Below, piece by piece: positions 10,410-20,873 of a stretch of 64,000 nt of DNA. Below the pieces are notes generated by a model. That model was not told the DNA's origin and made no database searches. It worked only from the letters and a program-made list of their open reading frames with translations. The stretch is taken from NCBI GenBank assembly GCA_024699605.1, contig JAILPJ010000071.1, positions 6,882 through 70,881 of the forward strand. The letters are read 5' to 3'. The position numbers and the translations under genes were made by a program. The stretch's first letter is position 1; each line of letters starts with the position of its first letter. This DNA is from Desulfovibrio sp. Its GTDB lineage: Bacteria > Desulfobacterota > Desulfovibrionia > Desulfovibrionales > Desulfovibrionaceae.

Positions 10410-10647
10410 AGGGACTCCTTGCAAGGAGACAATGCCAAAAAAGCCGGCAGAAGCTCTCTCCATGCCACATTCAGGTCTAAAAAGCAAATAGCGCCGCTGC
10501 TCCAAAAAACCTTGAAAAAACACACAAGGAGGAGAAAGCCAAGACCGTAATCTCCTCCTTGAAGCAATAGACAATTGACAAACGCCTGTTTTTGACGCAA
10601 GAAATCTTGAATTTTTCGAACATTTTTTACTGTTGTTGTGAGTGTTT

Positions 10648-10851
10648 ATGTTCTATTTTGCCCCCCGCGATGTCCAAACGACCCTTCCCTGTCCGCAATG
10701 CCAAACGCCGCTGCACATTGCCCGCTCTTGCCATGAAGTTTTCATGCGCTGTCCTACCTGTCAAAAACAGTTTCCACTCAAAGAGTTTATCCCCAAAGCC
10801 GATACGGCTATGGAAGAGTTTATGGAGAATGTCTATTGTGACAGGGTGTAA
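10648..10851 (+). CDS. Small dual-CXXC protein (Cys form)
   Basis: CPQC ... RSC ... CPTC ... CDRV in 67 aa resembles the deltaproteobacterial dual-CXXC small (seleno)protein family. Confidence 0.7.
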   Translation: MFYFAPRDVQTTLPCPQCQTPLHIARSCHEVFMRCPTCQKQFPLKEFIPKADTAMEEFMENVYCDRV

Positions 10852-10887
10852 AGCCCCTTCTTCCTCATCCGCTGCCTGAGAGAACCT

Positions 10888-11979
10888 ATGCGAGCTTTTC
10901 TTTGTTTTTTCCTCTTAGCCTTGCTTTTGCCAGTCCAAATGCCCATGGCCGATCCGGCTGAGCAGTCTGATCAGCCCACTGAGGCTGAAGAATCAGGACT
11001 TGGTGTCAATTCAGCCATTCTCTATGATCTGACCACCAATACGGTTCTTTTCGAACAAAATGCTGACGCCAAAATCCAGCCAGCTTCTCTGACCAAAATT
11101 ATGAGCATGTTTCTGGCTTTGGAACAAATTTCCCAAGGCCATCTGCGTTTCGACAGTCCTGTGCTCATCAGCAAAAAAGCGGCTAGTGAGGGAGGCTCGC
11201 GCATGGGCATCAGGGCAGGAGAAGAAATTCGTCTTGGTGAACTGCTCTTGGGTATGGCCGTGTCCTCGGGCAATGATGCCAGCTATGCTGTGGCAGAATT
11301 TGTCGGAGGCTCCAATGAAGCCTTCATTCGTGCCATGAACGCCAAAGCCAAACGCCTTGGGATGCATGATACCTGTTTTTGCACTCCCAATGGCCTGCCC
11401 ATGCAGGGCCAGTACACCACAGCACGCGACATGCTGATTTTGGCCTGTGCGTATCTGAAGCGCTATCCCTGGGCGCTTAGCCTGCACAACACCCGTGTGC
11501 TCAAGCATCTCGACTATGTCTCATGGAATAAAAATCCCTTACTCACGCAATATCCTGGCTGCGATGGGCTGAAAACCGGCTGGGTGAGAGCCTCAGGCTA
11601 CAATATGATTTTCACAGCCCAACGGAATAATCACCGTCTGCTGGCTGTCATTCTCGGTGCCCCCGACGCCCTGCACAGGGGCGTAGAAGCCTGCCGCATG
11701 CTTGATGCCGGTTTTCTTGTCTGTGCGCAGAAAGAACCTTCTGTTTCCGATGCATTAAGCCGCTTGCCCTTTGAAAACTACAGGCTCGATTTGCACAAGA
11801 ATGCCCATGAAGCCGTAGCGCGTTACGGCTATGTTTCCTCAGGTCTCAAGGCTCGCAAACACCATCAGGTAAAAGCCCGCTCAACCGCACACGCCAGTCG
11901 CAGAGTGGCTCAAAGACATAAAGATCGCCGTATGGCAAAACAAAAAACACCGAGCCGAAAGAAGAAAAGACATTCGTAA
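10888..11979 (+). CDS. dacA: D-alanyl-D-alanine carboxypeptidase (peptidase S11)
   Basis: Signal peptide, PASLTK (SxxK), SGN and LKTG motifs, and a basic C-terminal tail. Confidence 0.88.
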   Translation: MRAFLCFFLLALLLPVQMPMADPAEQSDQPTEAEESGLGVNSAILYDLTTNTVLFEQNADAKIQPASLTKIMSMFLALEQISQGHLRFDSPVLISKKAASEGGSRMGIRAGEEIRLGELLLGMAVSSGNDASYAVAEFVGGSNEAFIRAMNAKAKRLGMHDTCFCTPNGLPMQGQYTTARDMLILACAYLKRYPWALSLHNTRVLKHLDYVSWNKNPLLTQYPGCDGLKTGWVRASGYNMIFTAQRNNHRLLAVILGAPDALHRGVEACRMLDAGFLVCAQKEPSVSDALSRLPFENYRLDLHKNAHEAVARYGYVSSGLKARKHHQVKARSTAHASRRVAQRHKDRRMAKQKTPSRKKKRHS

Positions 11980-12000
11980 AATCTTCCCCAAAAAACGCCA

Positions 12001-12023
12001 AGAGCCGCCCAAAAGGCGGCTCT
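12001..12023. terminator. Hairpin between convergent dacA and MEMO1-family gene
   Basis: AGAGCCGCC-caaaa-GGCGGCTCT. Confidence 0.6.
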
Positions 12024-12045
12024 CGTCGTTTTCTGGTCAAAGCAA

Positions 12046-12891
12046 TCAGCGAGAAAGATAAAAACGCAGGCCGGCATAGCCCACGGTCTGCCGATAATTG
12101 CCTGAGGCTTCAGCTGAACTGGTATGGGCGACAAGCTGACTTGACAAGGTGCCCAAATGAGAGGCCGCGTACATGACTAACGCACAGGGCGCTGCGCCAC
12201 ACATCGTAATCGATTGTTCCCGACACACGGCAAGCAAGCCGTCGCTGTCGGCAGCCGCGATTTTTTCCAGAGCCAGCTCATCTTTGGCAAGACAGGTTGT
12301 ATGATCTTCAAAATGGTTCATATCGGAACTGATGATAATGCCGTATGAACGCTTTCGCGCCTCAAGACTCTGCAAAAAGAACGCAAGCTCTTTGCCGGCC
12401 TGCCTGAGCTGACCGGGCTGCTGAGTCCCCACACAGACCGGAACAATTGCCGGAAGTGAAGCCCTTGCTATGGAGAGAAAAGGCAAAAGGACCTCAATGG
12501 CGTGCTCTCCCTGATGCGCGGAATAGTCAGCACTGAATGAGCCTTGGTCGGTGAGTTCCTGACAAAGCTCACTGGCTACGGGAAAATCTCCCAGAGGTGT
12601 TTTCCAGGCTCCGTCAGGCCAGACGCTCAAAGGCCTGCCGCGACCAGTATGATTGGGACAGAAGATCAAAAGTGTGTCGGCAAGTTTGAGTTCGGCCAGG
12701 GTGGCTGCCAGGACGTTACCGCAATAGATATAGCCAGCATGGGGCAAAAGCAAAGCCCAGGGCTGCACGGCAGAGGCCTTAAGAGGATACTTGCTCGGAC
12801 CCGTTTGCGTATACGCCGCAAGAGCTTCTTCCAACTGATCTCTGTTCTGCGGATAAAAGCGCCCGATGGCAACAGGTTCACGCACTATCAT
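12046..12891 (-). CDS. AmmeMemoRadiSam system protein B (MEMO1 family)
   Basis: VREPVAIGRFYP, PHAGYIYCG, PNHTG, EHAIEV, SSDMNH, ITMCG, VGYA. Confidence 0.88.
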   Translation of the reverse strand: MIVREPVAIGRFYPQNRDQLEEALAAYTQTGPSKYPLKASAVQPWALLLPHAGYIYCGNVLAATLAELKLADTLLIFCPNHTGRGRPLSVWPDGAWKTPLGDFPVASELCQELTDQGSFSADYSAHQGEHAIEVLLPFLSIARASLPAIVPVCVGTQQPGQLRQAGKELAFFLQSLEARKRSYGIIISSDMNHFEDHTTCLAKDELALEKIAAADSDGLLAVCREQSITMCGAAPCALVMYAASHLGTLSSQLVAHTSSAEASGNYRQTVGYAGLRFYLSR

Positions 12892-12900
12892 GGCACACCC

Positions 12901-14163
12901 CTAAAATATGGCCTTACCGCCAAGCCAATGATGCTTGACGCGGCCTGAGAGTTCCTGTCCCAAAAACGGTGTATTCTTCCCTTTGGAGTAAAGATTTTCT
13001 TCAGAAGGAATCCAGGTGGCATGCGGATCAAAAAGGAAAAAGTCCGCAGGATCACCCGGCGCAAAACCATTAACAGGCAAATGGAAAATCTCGCCTGGCC
13101 TTCTGGCCCAAAGTCTGTGCAGGGCATCTTCTGGCAAGAGATGTTCTCTGACTAGTCCAAAGGTCAGCGTCAGTGCCAGATCAAGTCCAGAAAAACCGAC
13201 CAGGGCCTGATCAAGAGCTGTCATTTTCTCATGCAGAGCGTGCGGCGCATGATCGGTGACGAGAATGTCAATGGTGCCATCCCCTACAGCCTGAATTAAG
13301 GCATCACGATCTTTCTTGGTCCTAAGCGGCGGGCTGACTTTGCAAAGCGCATTGTAGCCTTCCAGAGCACTTTCATCGAGAAGCAGATAATGCGGACAGG
13401 TTTCCGCCGTCACAGCAATACCCCGCGATTTTCCCCAGGCAATGACATCAACAGTCAGGGCACTAGAGACATGGGCAATATGCACGGGAAGCCCCAGATA
13501 CTCCGCAAGCATGATGTCCCGGGCGGCCTGCAGGGCTTCGCCTACGGCCGGCTGCCCCTTGACGCCGAGCAGACCGCTCATCTCTCCTTCGTTCATCACC
13601 CAGTGATCTGCCAAGGTGGGATCCTCACAGTGGTCTATGACTGTCAACGAAAAATCGGCAGCATATTCCATGATGCGACGCATCATCTCTGTGCTTTGCA
13701 CAGGCCGGCCATCGTTGGAAATGGCAACACAGCCAGCTTCCTTGAGTTCTCCCATGGGAGAGAGCTCTCGCCCTTCAAGATTTTTCGTGGCAGCACCGAT
13801 GGGATAAAGTCTGGGACCATGAGGATGGCTTTTTTTGGCCTGACTGAGCATCAGACTGGTTACGGCGGCATTGTCATTGACCGGACGGGTATTGGCCATA
13901 CACATCACTGCCCCAAAACCACCGTGTACCGCGGCGTTTAGGCCGCTGGCAATATCTTCTTTATATTCAAAGCCAGGTTCGCGCAGATGCACATGGGCAT
14001 CAATGAAACTGGGCATCAGCACCAAACCCTGCGCGTCAAAGACCTCACAATTTTCGGGCAGTTTTTGATGACCTGCCGGCGTCATGGTGACAATCCGCTC
14101 GTCTTCGATCAAGAGGTCCACCAAGGCCTCAAGATGCAGCGCATTTTTTACGCACAGATACAT
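12901..14163 (-). CDS. pyrC: Dihydroorotase
   Basis: DAHVHLREPG, MANTRP, IDHCED, AHVS, TCPHYL, KVSPPLR, TDHAPH, KNTPF. Confidence 0.93.
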   Translation of the reverse strand: MYLCVKNALHLEALVDLLIEDERIVTMTPAGHQKLPENCEVFDAQGLVLMPSFIDAHVHLREPGFEYKEDIASGLNAAVHGGFGAVMCMANTRPVNDNAAVTSLMLSQAKKSHPHGPRLYPIGAATKNLEGRELSPMGELKEAGCVAISNDGRPVQSTEMMRRIMEYAADFSLTVIDHCEDPTLADHWVMNEGEMSGLLGVKGQPAVGEALQAARDIMLAEYLGLPVHIAHVSSALTVDVIAWGKSRGIAVTAETCPHYLLLDESALEGYNALCKVSPPLRTKKDRDALIQAVGDGTIDILVTDHAPHALHEKMTALDQALVGFSGLDLALTLTFGLVREHLLPEDALHRLWARRPGEIFHLPVNGFAPGDPADFFLFDPHATWIPSEENLYSKGKNTPFLGQELSGRVKHHWLGGKAIF

Positions 14164-14318
14164 AGTTCTCCCGTTCCAAAAAGCTGATAAAGATGAAAAA
14201 AACTGATTGTCCTTTGAAACTCAGTATCACGATCGCGATCCGGTCTTACGAAAACCTTTCGAAAGCGTTGTGAGGCCGAAAAAAGCCTCTTTGCGCCGAT
14301 CTGCGTCTTCTTTCAACA

Positions 14319-15260
14319 CTACTTACGCGTGGCCAGCAGATAGAGGACCGCCATACGCACCGCCACGCCGGCTGAAACCTGATCAAGGATCAAACTCGCC
14401 GAAGAATCAGCCACCGCATCTGAAATTTCCAGTCCCCGGTTCAGCGGGCCCGGATGCAAAACTTTGACCTGGGCTGCCGCTCGTTCAAGGTGCTTCATGC
14501 CCAGGCAGAATCTCCGCGAATACTCGGAAAGATCAGGCAAAAGACCCGCCTGCTGCCGCTCAAGTTGCAATCTCAGGCACATCACGGCATCCATTCCGTC
14601 TACGGCGCAATTCAGGTCATGAAAGACCTCCACAGGCCAATTTTCCACCCCGGCCGGCAGAAGCGTTCTCGGTGCGCACAGCCGCACCTGCACGCCCAGC
14701 ATATGTAAAAGCTGAACGTTGGAGCGGGCTACACGACTGTGAGCAATGTCACCCAGGATCAAGAGTTTCTTGCCAGCAAAGACGCCATCCCACGCTGTCC
14801 GTAAACTGTAGCAATCAAGCAGGGCCTGGGTGGGATGCGCATGCCAGCCGTCCCCGGCATTGACGACACCGCAGGAGAGCTGTCCGGCCAAAAAGGCCGC
14901 CGCACCGCTGCTTGAATGTCTGACAACGATGACATCTGGATTCATGGCCTGCAGAGTCAGACCTGTATCGAGCAGGCTTTCCCCCTTGTTCAGGCTGCTG
15001 CCTGCCTGGGAAAGAGCGTGTGTATCGGCTGAAAGGCGTTTGCCAGCCACATCAAAGGACGTTTTGGTACGCGTACTGTTTTCCACAAAGAAAAGAATAA
15101 TCGTTCTGCCCTGCAGCGTTGGCACCTTCCTCACCGGGCGACGATTGATTTCTTGAAAACTGCGCGCCAAATCCAGCAGATGGGAAACATCCGCCACGCT
15201 CAACTGTGAGGTGCCGAGCAAATCCTTATGTTGCCAGAGATAGCGAGTATCCGTAGTCAT
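14319..15260 (-). CDS. pyrB: Aspartate carbamoyltransferase catalytic subunit
   Basis: [41 protein letters not shown]. Confidence 0.96.
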   Translation of the reverse strand: MTTDTRYLWQHKDLLGTSQLSVADVSHLLDLARSFQEINRRPVRKVPTLQGRTIILFFVENSTRTKTSFDVAGKRLSADTHALSQAGSSLNKGESLLDTGLTLQAMNPDVIVVRHSSSGAAAFLAGQLSCGVVNAGDGWHAHPTQALLDCYSLRTAWDGVFAGKKLLILGDIAHSRVARSNVQLLHMLGVQVRLCAPRTLLPAGVENWPVEVFHDLNCAVDGMDAVMCLRLQLERQQAGLLPDLSEYSRRFCLGMKHLERAAAQVKVLHPGPLNRGLEISDAVADSSASLILDQVSAGVAVRMAVLYLLATRK

Positions 15261-15639
15261 GGTGCTGGTCCTCTTCTAAAAAAAAATCCGCCTGGAAAGC
15301 GGAAAAATCATAACAATCAGAAATGACTGAAGCGCAAATCTACGGCCATCCAAGGCGTCTGACGGTTGAAAGAAACAAAATAAGGCCAGTTCGTTTCTCC
15401 TTGCCCTGTGTCCCTGGTATAGACTGCAATCCGAGATTGGCGCACGCAAAGAACTCCTTCATATCACAGAAAGCAACGGTTTGCTTTCAGCGATTGTACG
15501 GCAGCCGGCAAAAAAAGTGAACCGCGAAAAAAGACCTTGAGTGAATTGTCTCTCTCCCTAGACAGTAGGACGTGCATAGAGTACTTTTCAGGCTTTCAAA
15601 CTCGAAATGGCCCCCATTTCTTTTGTTCCAGGAGCTGTC

Positions 15640-16437
15640 ATGTTCACTTCGCTGCTTGTCTATCTTTTATGTGGTGCCGTGGCCGGTATCCTCGCTGGCC
15701 TGCTCGGCGTCGGCGGGGGCATCGTCATTGTACCGATGCTCTTAGTCATCTTCCCCACACAGAATATACCGCCTGAGCTCTGTCAGCACCTGGCCTTGGG
15801 GACTTCTCTGGCCAGTATTGTCATCACCTCTGTTTCCAGTGCCAGAGCCCATCACAAACGCGGTGCCGTGCATTGGGAAATTGTCAAGAATATCACCCCT
15901 GGCATCCTGATCGGCACCTTTGTGGGGAGCCTAGTGGCCAGCCATATGCCCATTCTTTTTCTCAAACTCTTTTTCATCTGCTTTTTGATCATTGTGGCCA
16001 TTAAGATGATTTCTCGCTATCAGCCCAAGGCCGGACGTGAAATGCCAGGTTTTCTCGGGACAAGCTCCGTAGGTGGCGTCATCGGCCTGATCTCAAGTTT
16101 TGTGGGTATTGGTGGCGGCACCCTTTCTGTGCCTTTCATGACCTTCTGCAATGTCCCCATGCATGAAGCCGTAGGCACATCAGCTGCCATTGGTTTTCCC
16201 ATCGCCCTTGCAGGCACCGTAGGCTATATTCTGGGCGGTCTGAACACCCCCAATCTCCCTGAGGGAACACTCGGCTTTGTGCATCTTTATGCTCTTGTCG
16301 GTCTCGCCTGCGCCAGCTTTTGTACCGCACCTCTCGGAGCGAGACTTTCCCACTCCCTGCCCACAGCCAAGCTTAAGCAGTGTTTTGCTGTTTTCTTGCT
16401 CTTTGTGGCAGCCAAAATGCTTTTTAATCTCATCTAA
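15640..16437 (+). CDS. TauE/SafE-family sulfite exporter
   Basis: GLLGVGGGIVIVP and FVGIGGGTLSVP repeats, ALGTSLA and AVGTSAA. GGAG RBS before MFTSL. Confidence 0.88.
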   Translation: MFTSLLVYLLCGAVAGILAGLLGVGGGIVIVPMLLVIFPTQNIPPELCQHLALGTSLASIVITSVSSARAHHKRGAVHWEIVKNITPGILIGTFVGSLVASHMPILFLKLFFICFLIIVAIKMISRYQPKAGREMPGFLGTSSVGGVIGLISSFVGIGGGTLSVPFMTFCNVPMHEAVGTSAAIGFPIALAGTVGYILGGLNTPNLPEGTLGFVHLYALVGLACASFCTAPLGARLSHSLPTAKLKQCFAVFLLFVAAKMLFNLI

Positions 16438-17664
16438 ATGCAAACAAACAAAACGACTTTTGCGGTCAAAGCCCGCCGTATTCTGCCCTTGGCTGATGAG
16501 AAAGCGGCACGAGGCTCGCAGCTCTTTGGACGCCTGAAAAGCATTGACAATGCGGTGCTCATTGTCCACGCAGGCCAGGTCGTGGCTCTGGGTAAAGCCC
16601 GTGAAATCCGCCTGCCTGGGGACTGTGAGCTTACGGATCTGGGACCAGTCTGTCTCATTCCCGGCACGATCAATGCGCACACGCATCTTGACCTTTCCTA
16701 TCTGGCAGAAAAAACCACATGGCGAAAGGGTTTCTCCGCCTGGTTGCAAAGCCTGATTCCGCTTTTGCCACGTGGCCAGATCCCCCCAGAGACCCTGACG
16801 CAAGCCATACACAAGGCCTGTCAGGACCTTGCCGCCTACGGCACAGCGCATGTGGGCAATATCGCCGGTTCAGCCGATCATCTTCTGGCGGCAACCGACG
16901 ACTCGGCACGTCAGGCAGGTTTTGGCATCAGCCATTTCTGTGAATGCTTTGGCTTTGCCCAAAGTCAAGACGAGACCAACGCCGATCTTTGGCCACCCTT
17001 TGTCCGCCGCGATCTGCAAGAACGACCTGAGTTGGCCGAGCGCGTAGCCCCTGCCGGCCACGCACTCTATTCCACCTCGGCCGAAAAACTTGTTCGGGCC
17101 AAACAGTTTTGCCGAAAACACGCTCGCGTTTTCAGTCTCCATCTTGCCGAATCGCCTGAAGAAACGGAAATGCTCACACTTGGCCGAGGAAGCCTTTTTG
17201 AAATCTTCCGTCAGTCCATCCTACCAGAGCATTGGCAGGCGCCTGGCAAGCGTCCGTTAGCCTATGCCTGTCAGCTCAATCTGCTCGGAGCCAGGACCCT
17301 CGCTGTGCACGGAGTCGACCTCGACGCTCAGGAGGCTCAGGTTCTGGCGGCAACTGGCGCAGCACTTTGCCTCTGCCCTCGCTCCAATCAACATTTGGGC
17401 GTCGGCTCAGCTGACGTCAAGACCTTGATCGAAGAAAATGTGCTACTCTGCCTTGGCACAGATGGACTGACTTCCAATACGGACCTTGATGTCTGCCAGG
17501 AAGCTCTTTTTCTGCAGGAACAGGCAGACATACCTGGCGAAGCGCTCATTCGCATGCTCACAGTCAATGCCGCCCGCGCTCTCGGTCTGGGCAAAAATGC
17601 CGGCCGCCTGGTACCTGGTGCGGCAGCCAATTTCTGCATACTGCCGCAACAATTCCTCTTTTAG
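16438..17664 (+). CDS. Metal-dependent amidohydrolase (nucleoside deaminase-like)
   Basis: INAHTHLD, HALYS, HLAES, AVHGV, LCPRSN, LGTDGLTSN. Substrate cannot be determined from sequence. Confidence 0.85.
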   Translation: MQTNKTTFAVKARRILPLADEKAARGSQLFGRLKSIDNAVLIVHAGQVVALGKAREIRLPGDCELTDLGPVCLIPGTINAHTHLDLSYLAEKTTWRKGFSAWLQSLIPLLPRGQIPPETLTQAIHKACQDLAAYGTAHVGNIAGSADHLLAATDDSARQAGFGISHFCECFGFAQSQDETNADLWPPFVRRDLQERPELAERVAPAGHALYSTSAEKLVRAKQFCRKHARVFSLHLAESPEETEMLTLGRGSLFEIFRQSILPEHWQAPGKRPLAYACQLNLLGARTLAVHGVDLDAQEAQVLAATGAALCLCPRSNQHLGVGSADVKTLIEENVLLCLGTDGLTSNTDLDVCQEALFLQEQADIPGEALIRMLTVNAARALGLGKNAGRLVPGAAANFCILPQQFLF

Positions 17665-17674
17665 CCTTCAAAAG

Positions 17675-17724
17675 AAAAAGCCGCAGTGCTCAAGGCTTTG
17701 GCCCTGAGCGCCACGGCTTTTTTT
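17675..17724. terminator. Bidirectional terminator between amidohydrolase and tyrS
   Basis: AAAAAGCCG...GCTCA-GGC-tttg-GCC-TGAGC...CGGCTTTTTTT, approximate arms. Confidence 0.65.
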
Positions 17725-17914
17725 ACGTAAACGCAAGAAGTTGTGGACAGGCCCATCAGTACGACTCTGGCACAGCTTGTTCGTAAGCCAGACTGACAGT
17801 TGGTCTGCGTACTCAAAAAAGGCCTGTGCCAAGGAAGCTACGCTGCGTTGCTCAACGGCTTCAACGCACAAGCCCCGGACTATTTCTGCGTCCTTACGCA
17901 GAGCGGGCAAAAAA

Positions 17915-19114
17915 CTAGGCTTGCACTATCACCTTCAGAAAACGCTTTTTACCAAGACGAATCACATACTGACCTTGCGCAAATGGGGTCTGCGCGTCTT
18001 CACAGCGTGTTCCATTGACTGTCAGAGAGCCCGATTTAATCAAGCGGCGGGCCTCACTGCGGCTTTTGACAAGACCTGCGGCTTCCAAAAAAGCCACCGG
18101 CGTTGACGCCTCTCCATAGGCGCAGGTCCATTCCTCAATATCTGTGGGGACACCGCCTGAGGCAAATACACTGGCAAACTCCTGTCGAGCCGCCTGAGCC
18201 GCTTCTTGGCTGTGATAACGTGTGATGATCTCCTCGGCAAGATTCTCCTTGCAGGTCTTGGGATGGAGATCGCCCTGTTCCACACGACTTTTCATCCCGG
18301 CGATTTCTTCAAGACTTTTTTCCGACAAAAGTTCATAGTAGCGCCACATCAACTCATCGGAAATCTTCATAAATTTTCCGAACATTTCTTTCGGCGTTTC
18401 ATCAATGCCAATATAATTTCCATACGATTTTGACATTTTTCTCACGCCATCGAGTCCTTCAAGCAGAGGCATAGTCAGAATACACTGAGCTTCCTGTCCA
18501 TACTGCCCCTGCAAGGTGCGGCCCATGAGTAAATTGAACTTTTGATCCGTACCACCGATTTCTACATCGGTATGCAAACTCACGGAATCGTAACCCTGGC
18601 AGAGTGGATAAATAAATTCATGAATCGAAATGGGACGTTTTTCACGATAGCGCTTTTCAAAATCGTCTCGTTCCATCATCCTAGCCACCGTATAGCAGGA
18701 AGCAAGCTTAATGAAGCCGGCGGCATCGAGCCGGGAAAGCCAGTGGGAATTGAATTCCACCAAAGTCTTCTCAGGATCAAGAATTTTAAAGACCTGTTTT
18801 TTATAGGTCTCGGCATTCGCCAGAACCTGCTCTCCGGTGAGCGGGGGACGGGTTTCCGAACGCCCGCTGGGATCGCCAATCCGTCCGGTAAAATCGCCGA
18901 TCAAAAAAACGACCGTATGCCCCAGCTGCTGAAAATGCCGCATTTTCTGCATAATCACGGTGTGCCCGAGGTGCAAATCCGGTGCTGTGGGATCAAAGCC
19001 GACTTTGACACGCAAAGGTGTTCCACGTTCAAGTTTCCGTTTGAGCTCATCCTCATCAATGAGCTCCACCACGCCACGTTTAATTAAAGCAAGCTGTTGT
19101 TCAAGATCTTTCAT
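17915..19114 (-). CDS. tyrS: Tyrosine--tRNA ligase
   Basis: [13 protein letters not shown] (HIGH), [14 protein letters not shown]-terminal S4 domain. Confidence 0.97.
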   Translation of the reverse strand: MKDLEQQLALIKRGVVELIDEDELKRKLERGTPLRVKVGFDPTAPDLHLGHTVIMQKMRHFQQLGHTVVFLIGDFTGRIGDPSGRSETRPPLTGEQVLANAETYKKQVFKILDPEKTLVEFNSHWLSRLDAAGFIKLASCYTVARMMERDDFEKRYREKRPISIHEFIYPLCQGYDSVSLHTDVEIGGTDQKFNLLMGRTLQGQYGQEAQCILTMPLLEGLDGVRKMSKSYGNYIGIDETPKEMFGKFMKISDELMWRYYELLSEKSLEEIAGMKSRVEQGDLHPKTCKENLAEEIITRYHSQEAAQAARQEFASVFASGGVPTDIEEWTCAYGEASTPVAFLEAAGLVKSRSEARRLIKSGSLTVNGTRCEDAQTPFAQGQYVIRLGKKRFLKVIVQA

Positions 19115-19169
19115 CAGAAATTCAGCGTGGATACCCCATCCTGAAGAACGGGGAGGAAACGCTGCCTCC
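19115..19169 (-). promoter_or_regulatory. Structured 5'UTR element, copy 2 (upstream of tyrS)
   Basis: Minus strand: GGAGG CAGCGT TTCCT CCCCGTTC-ttca-GGATGGGG TATCC ACGCTG AATTTCTG ATG. 50 nt from GGAGG to ATG. Confidence 0.8.
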
Positions 19170-19526
19170 GGTATTTCGCAGTATCATCATCCCGGGCAAA
19201 TGCCCGTAGCCATAGCCATCGGTACGCTTGAGCAGCAGGTCTGACTGGTCCGTCAGCCTTGACGCTGACAAAAACAGCCTTCGCCAAACAAAAATACGGC
19301 CAGAACGCCAAAGCGCAGTTTGACTATCAAGTCAATTCGCCTATGCGTTACCTATCGCAGCACAGGCTGTCAAGCCAAGGAATACACCAGAAGCGTGGGA
19401 AAAGCCCTTCAACATGGGTTATTTGCTTGCAACTTGCGGTTCTGTTGACTATAATAGTCCATTCTTGTCTAGGCTTGCGGACGCGGCCACGGCTTTTTTT
19501 TTTCACTTTCCACGTCGAGAGTCATC

Positions 19527-19916
19527 ATGCCTGATTTATCCTGTGATTTTACGCCAGATTTCAGCAAGGGACTTATCCCGGCCATTGTCCAGGATGTCCA
19601 TGACAAAGAAGTTCTGATGCTGGCCTATCTCAATGAAGAAGCCTGGAAACTGACTCTTGAGAGTGGTGAAGCGCATTATTTTAGTCGCAGCCGTCAAACG
19701 ATCTGGCACAAAGGCGAAAGTTCTGGAAATACGCAAAAAGTTCTGGCGATCCGTCTCGACTGCGACAACGACACACTGCTGTTTATCGTTGAGCAGCGGG
19801 GCGATGCGGCCTGTCACACTGGTCGTAGATCGTGTTTTTACCGTGAGCTCAAAAACAATACCGTCTCCTTCTGCTCCCCTCAAGTTTTCGATCCCAAGCA
19901 GGTGTACAAAGCCTGA
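19527..19916 (+). CDS. hisI: Phosphoribosyl-AMP cyclohydrolase
   Basis: [40 protein letters not shown]. Confidence 0.95.
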   Translation: MPDLSCDFTPDFSKGLIPAIVQDVHDKEVLMLAYLNEEAWKLTLESGEAHYFSRSRQTIWHKGESSGNTQKVLAIRLDCDNDTLLFIVEQRGDAACHTGRRSCFYRELKNNTVSFCSPQVFDPKQVYKA

Positions 19917-19977
19917 AAGCGCAAGGACAAAAGGGCAAATAGAATCCTTGGTCCAAGCTCAAACAACACGCAAGGTC

Positions 19978-20865
19978 ATGCATACATCACCCATCCTCAA
20001 GCTCGCCATCCCCAAAGGTTCGCTCGAAGAGACAACCATCAATCTCTTTGAACGTGCCGGCTGGAAAATTCGCCGACACAGTCGCAACTATTTCCCGGAA
20101 ATCAATGATCCCGAAATTGCCGTCTCTATCTGCCGCGTACAGGAAATCGGCAGTTATGTTGAAGACGGTGTCATGGACTGCGGCATTGCCGGCGAGGATT
20201 GGCTCGTGGAGCGTGGCGTCGAAAAAGGCGTACGCCAGATCTCTCGCCTGATCTATTCCAAAGTCTCCATGCAGCCCTGCCGCTGGGTGCTCGCAGTGGC
20301 GCAGGATGCCCCCTATACTTCAGCGCGTGATCTCAAAGGCAAGCGCATTGCCACGGAGCTGATCAACATGACGCGCGGCTATTTTGACCGTCAGGGCATT
20401 GATTGCGAAGTTTTTTATTCCTGGGGCGCCACTGAGGCCAAAATTGTTGAAGGCTTAGCTGACGGCATTGTGGAAGTCACTGAAACCGGATCCACCATCC
20501 GGGCTCAGGGGCTGCGCATCATTGACGAGGTCATGCAGTCAAGCCCGGTCCTCATCACCAACGCCCAGGCCTGGAATACGCCTGAAAAGCGTCGCAAAAT
20601 TGAACAAATTGATCTGTTATTGCAGGGGGCCCTCAAGGCCCAATCGCTGGTTGCCATCAAGATGAATGCTCCGGCCGATCATCTTGAAGCGATTTTAGAA
20701 ATGCTGCCAGCCCTCAATTCCCCCACCGTTTCCCCCTTACGTATCGACCAATGGCTTTCTGTAGAAACCGTCGTGGATGTGCACCTTGTGCGAGACCTCA
20801 TTCCCCGACTGTGTGCAGCGGGAGCCCAAGGCATCATTGAATACGCTCTGAACAAGGTTATCTGA
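19978..20865 (+). CDS. hisG: ATP phosphoribosyltransferase (long form)
   Basis: LKLAIPKGSL, DCGIAGED, IATEL, WGATEAK, VTETGSTI and a C-terminal regulatory domain. Start re-picked at MHTSP. Confidence 0.94.
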   Translation: MHTSPILKLAIPKGSLEETTINLFERAGWKIRRHSRNYFPEINDPEIAVSICRVQEIGSYVEDGVMDCGIAGEDWLVERGVEKGVRQISRLIYSKVSMQPCRWVLAVAQDAPYTSARDLKGKRIATELINMTRGYFDRQGIDCEVFYSWGATEAKIVEGLADGIVEVTETGSTIRAQGLRIIDEVMQSSPVLITNAQAWNTPEKRRKIEQIDLLLQGALKAQSLVAIKMNAPADHLEAILEMLPALNSPTVSPLRIDQWLSVETVVDVHLVRDLIPRLCAAGAQGIIEYALNKVI

Positions 20866-20873
20866 GGCACACC

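Noticed and set aside
19470-19526. Possible further copy of the element before hisI (GACGCG...CACGTC)
   Set aside because: There is no GGAGG, the stem is mismatched and the interior is a T-run.
19657-19977. N-terminal extension of hisG in the ORF track (402 aa)
   Set aside because: It overlaps hisI. HisG homology begins at MHTSP (19978) after an AAGG RBS. The same applies to the extended starts for hldE, rimO, ubiX, acrA, ribF, GT4 and GH57.
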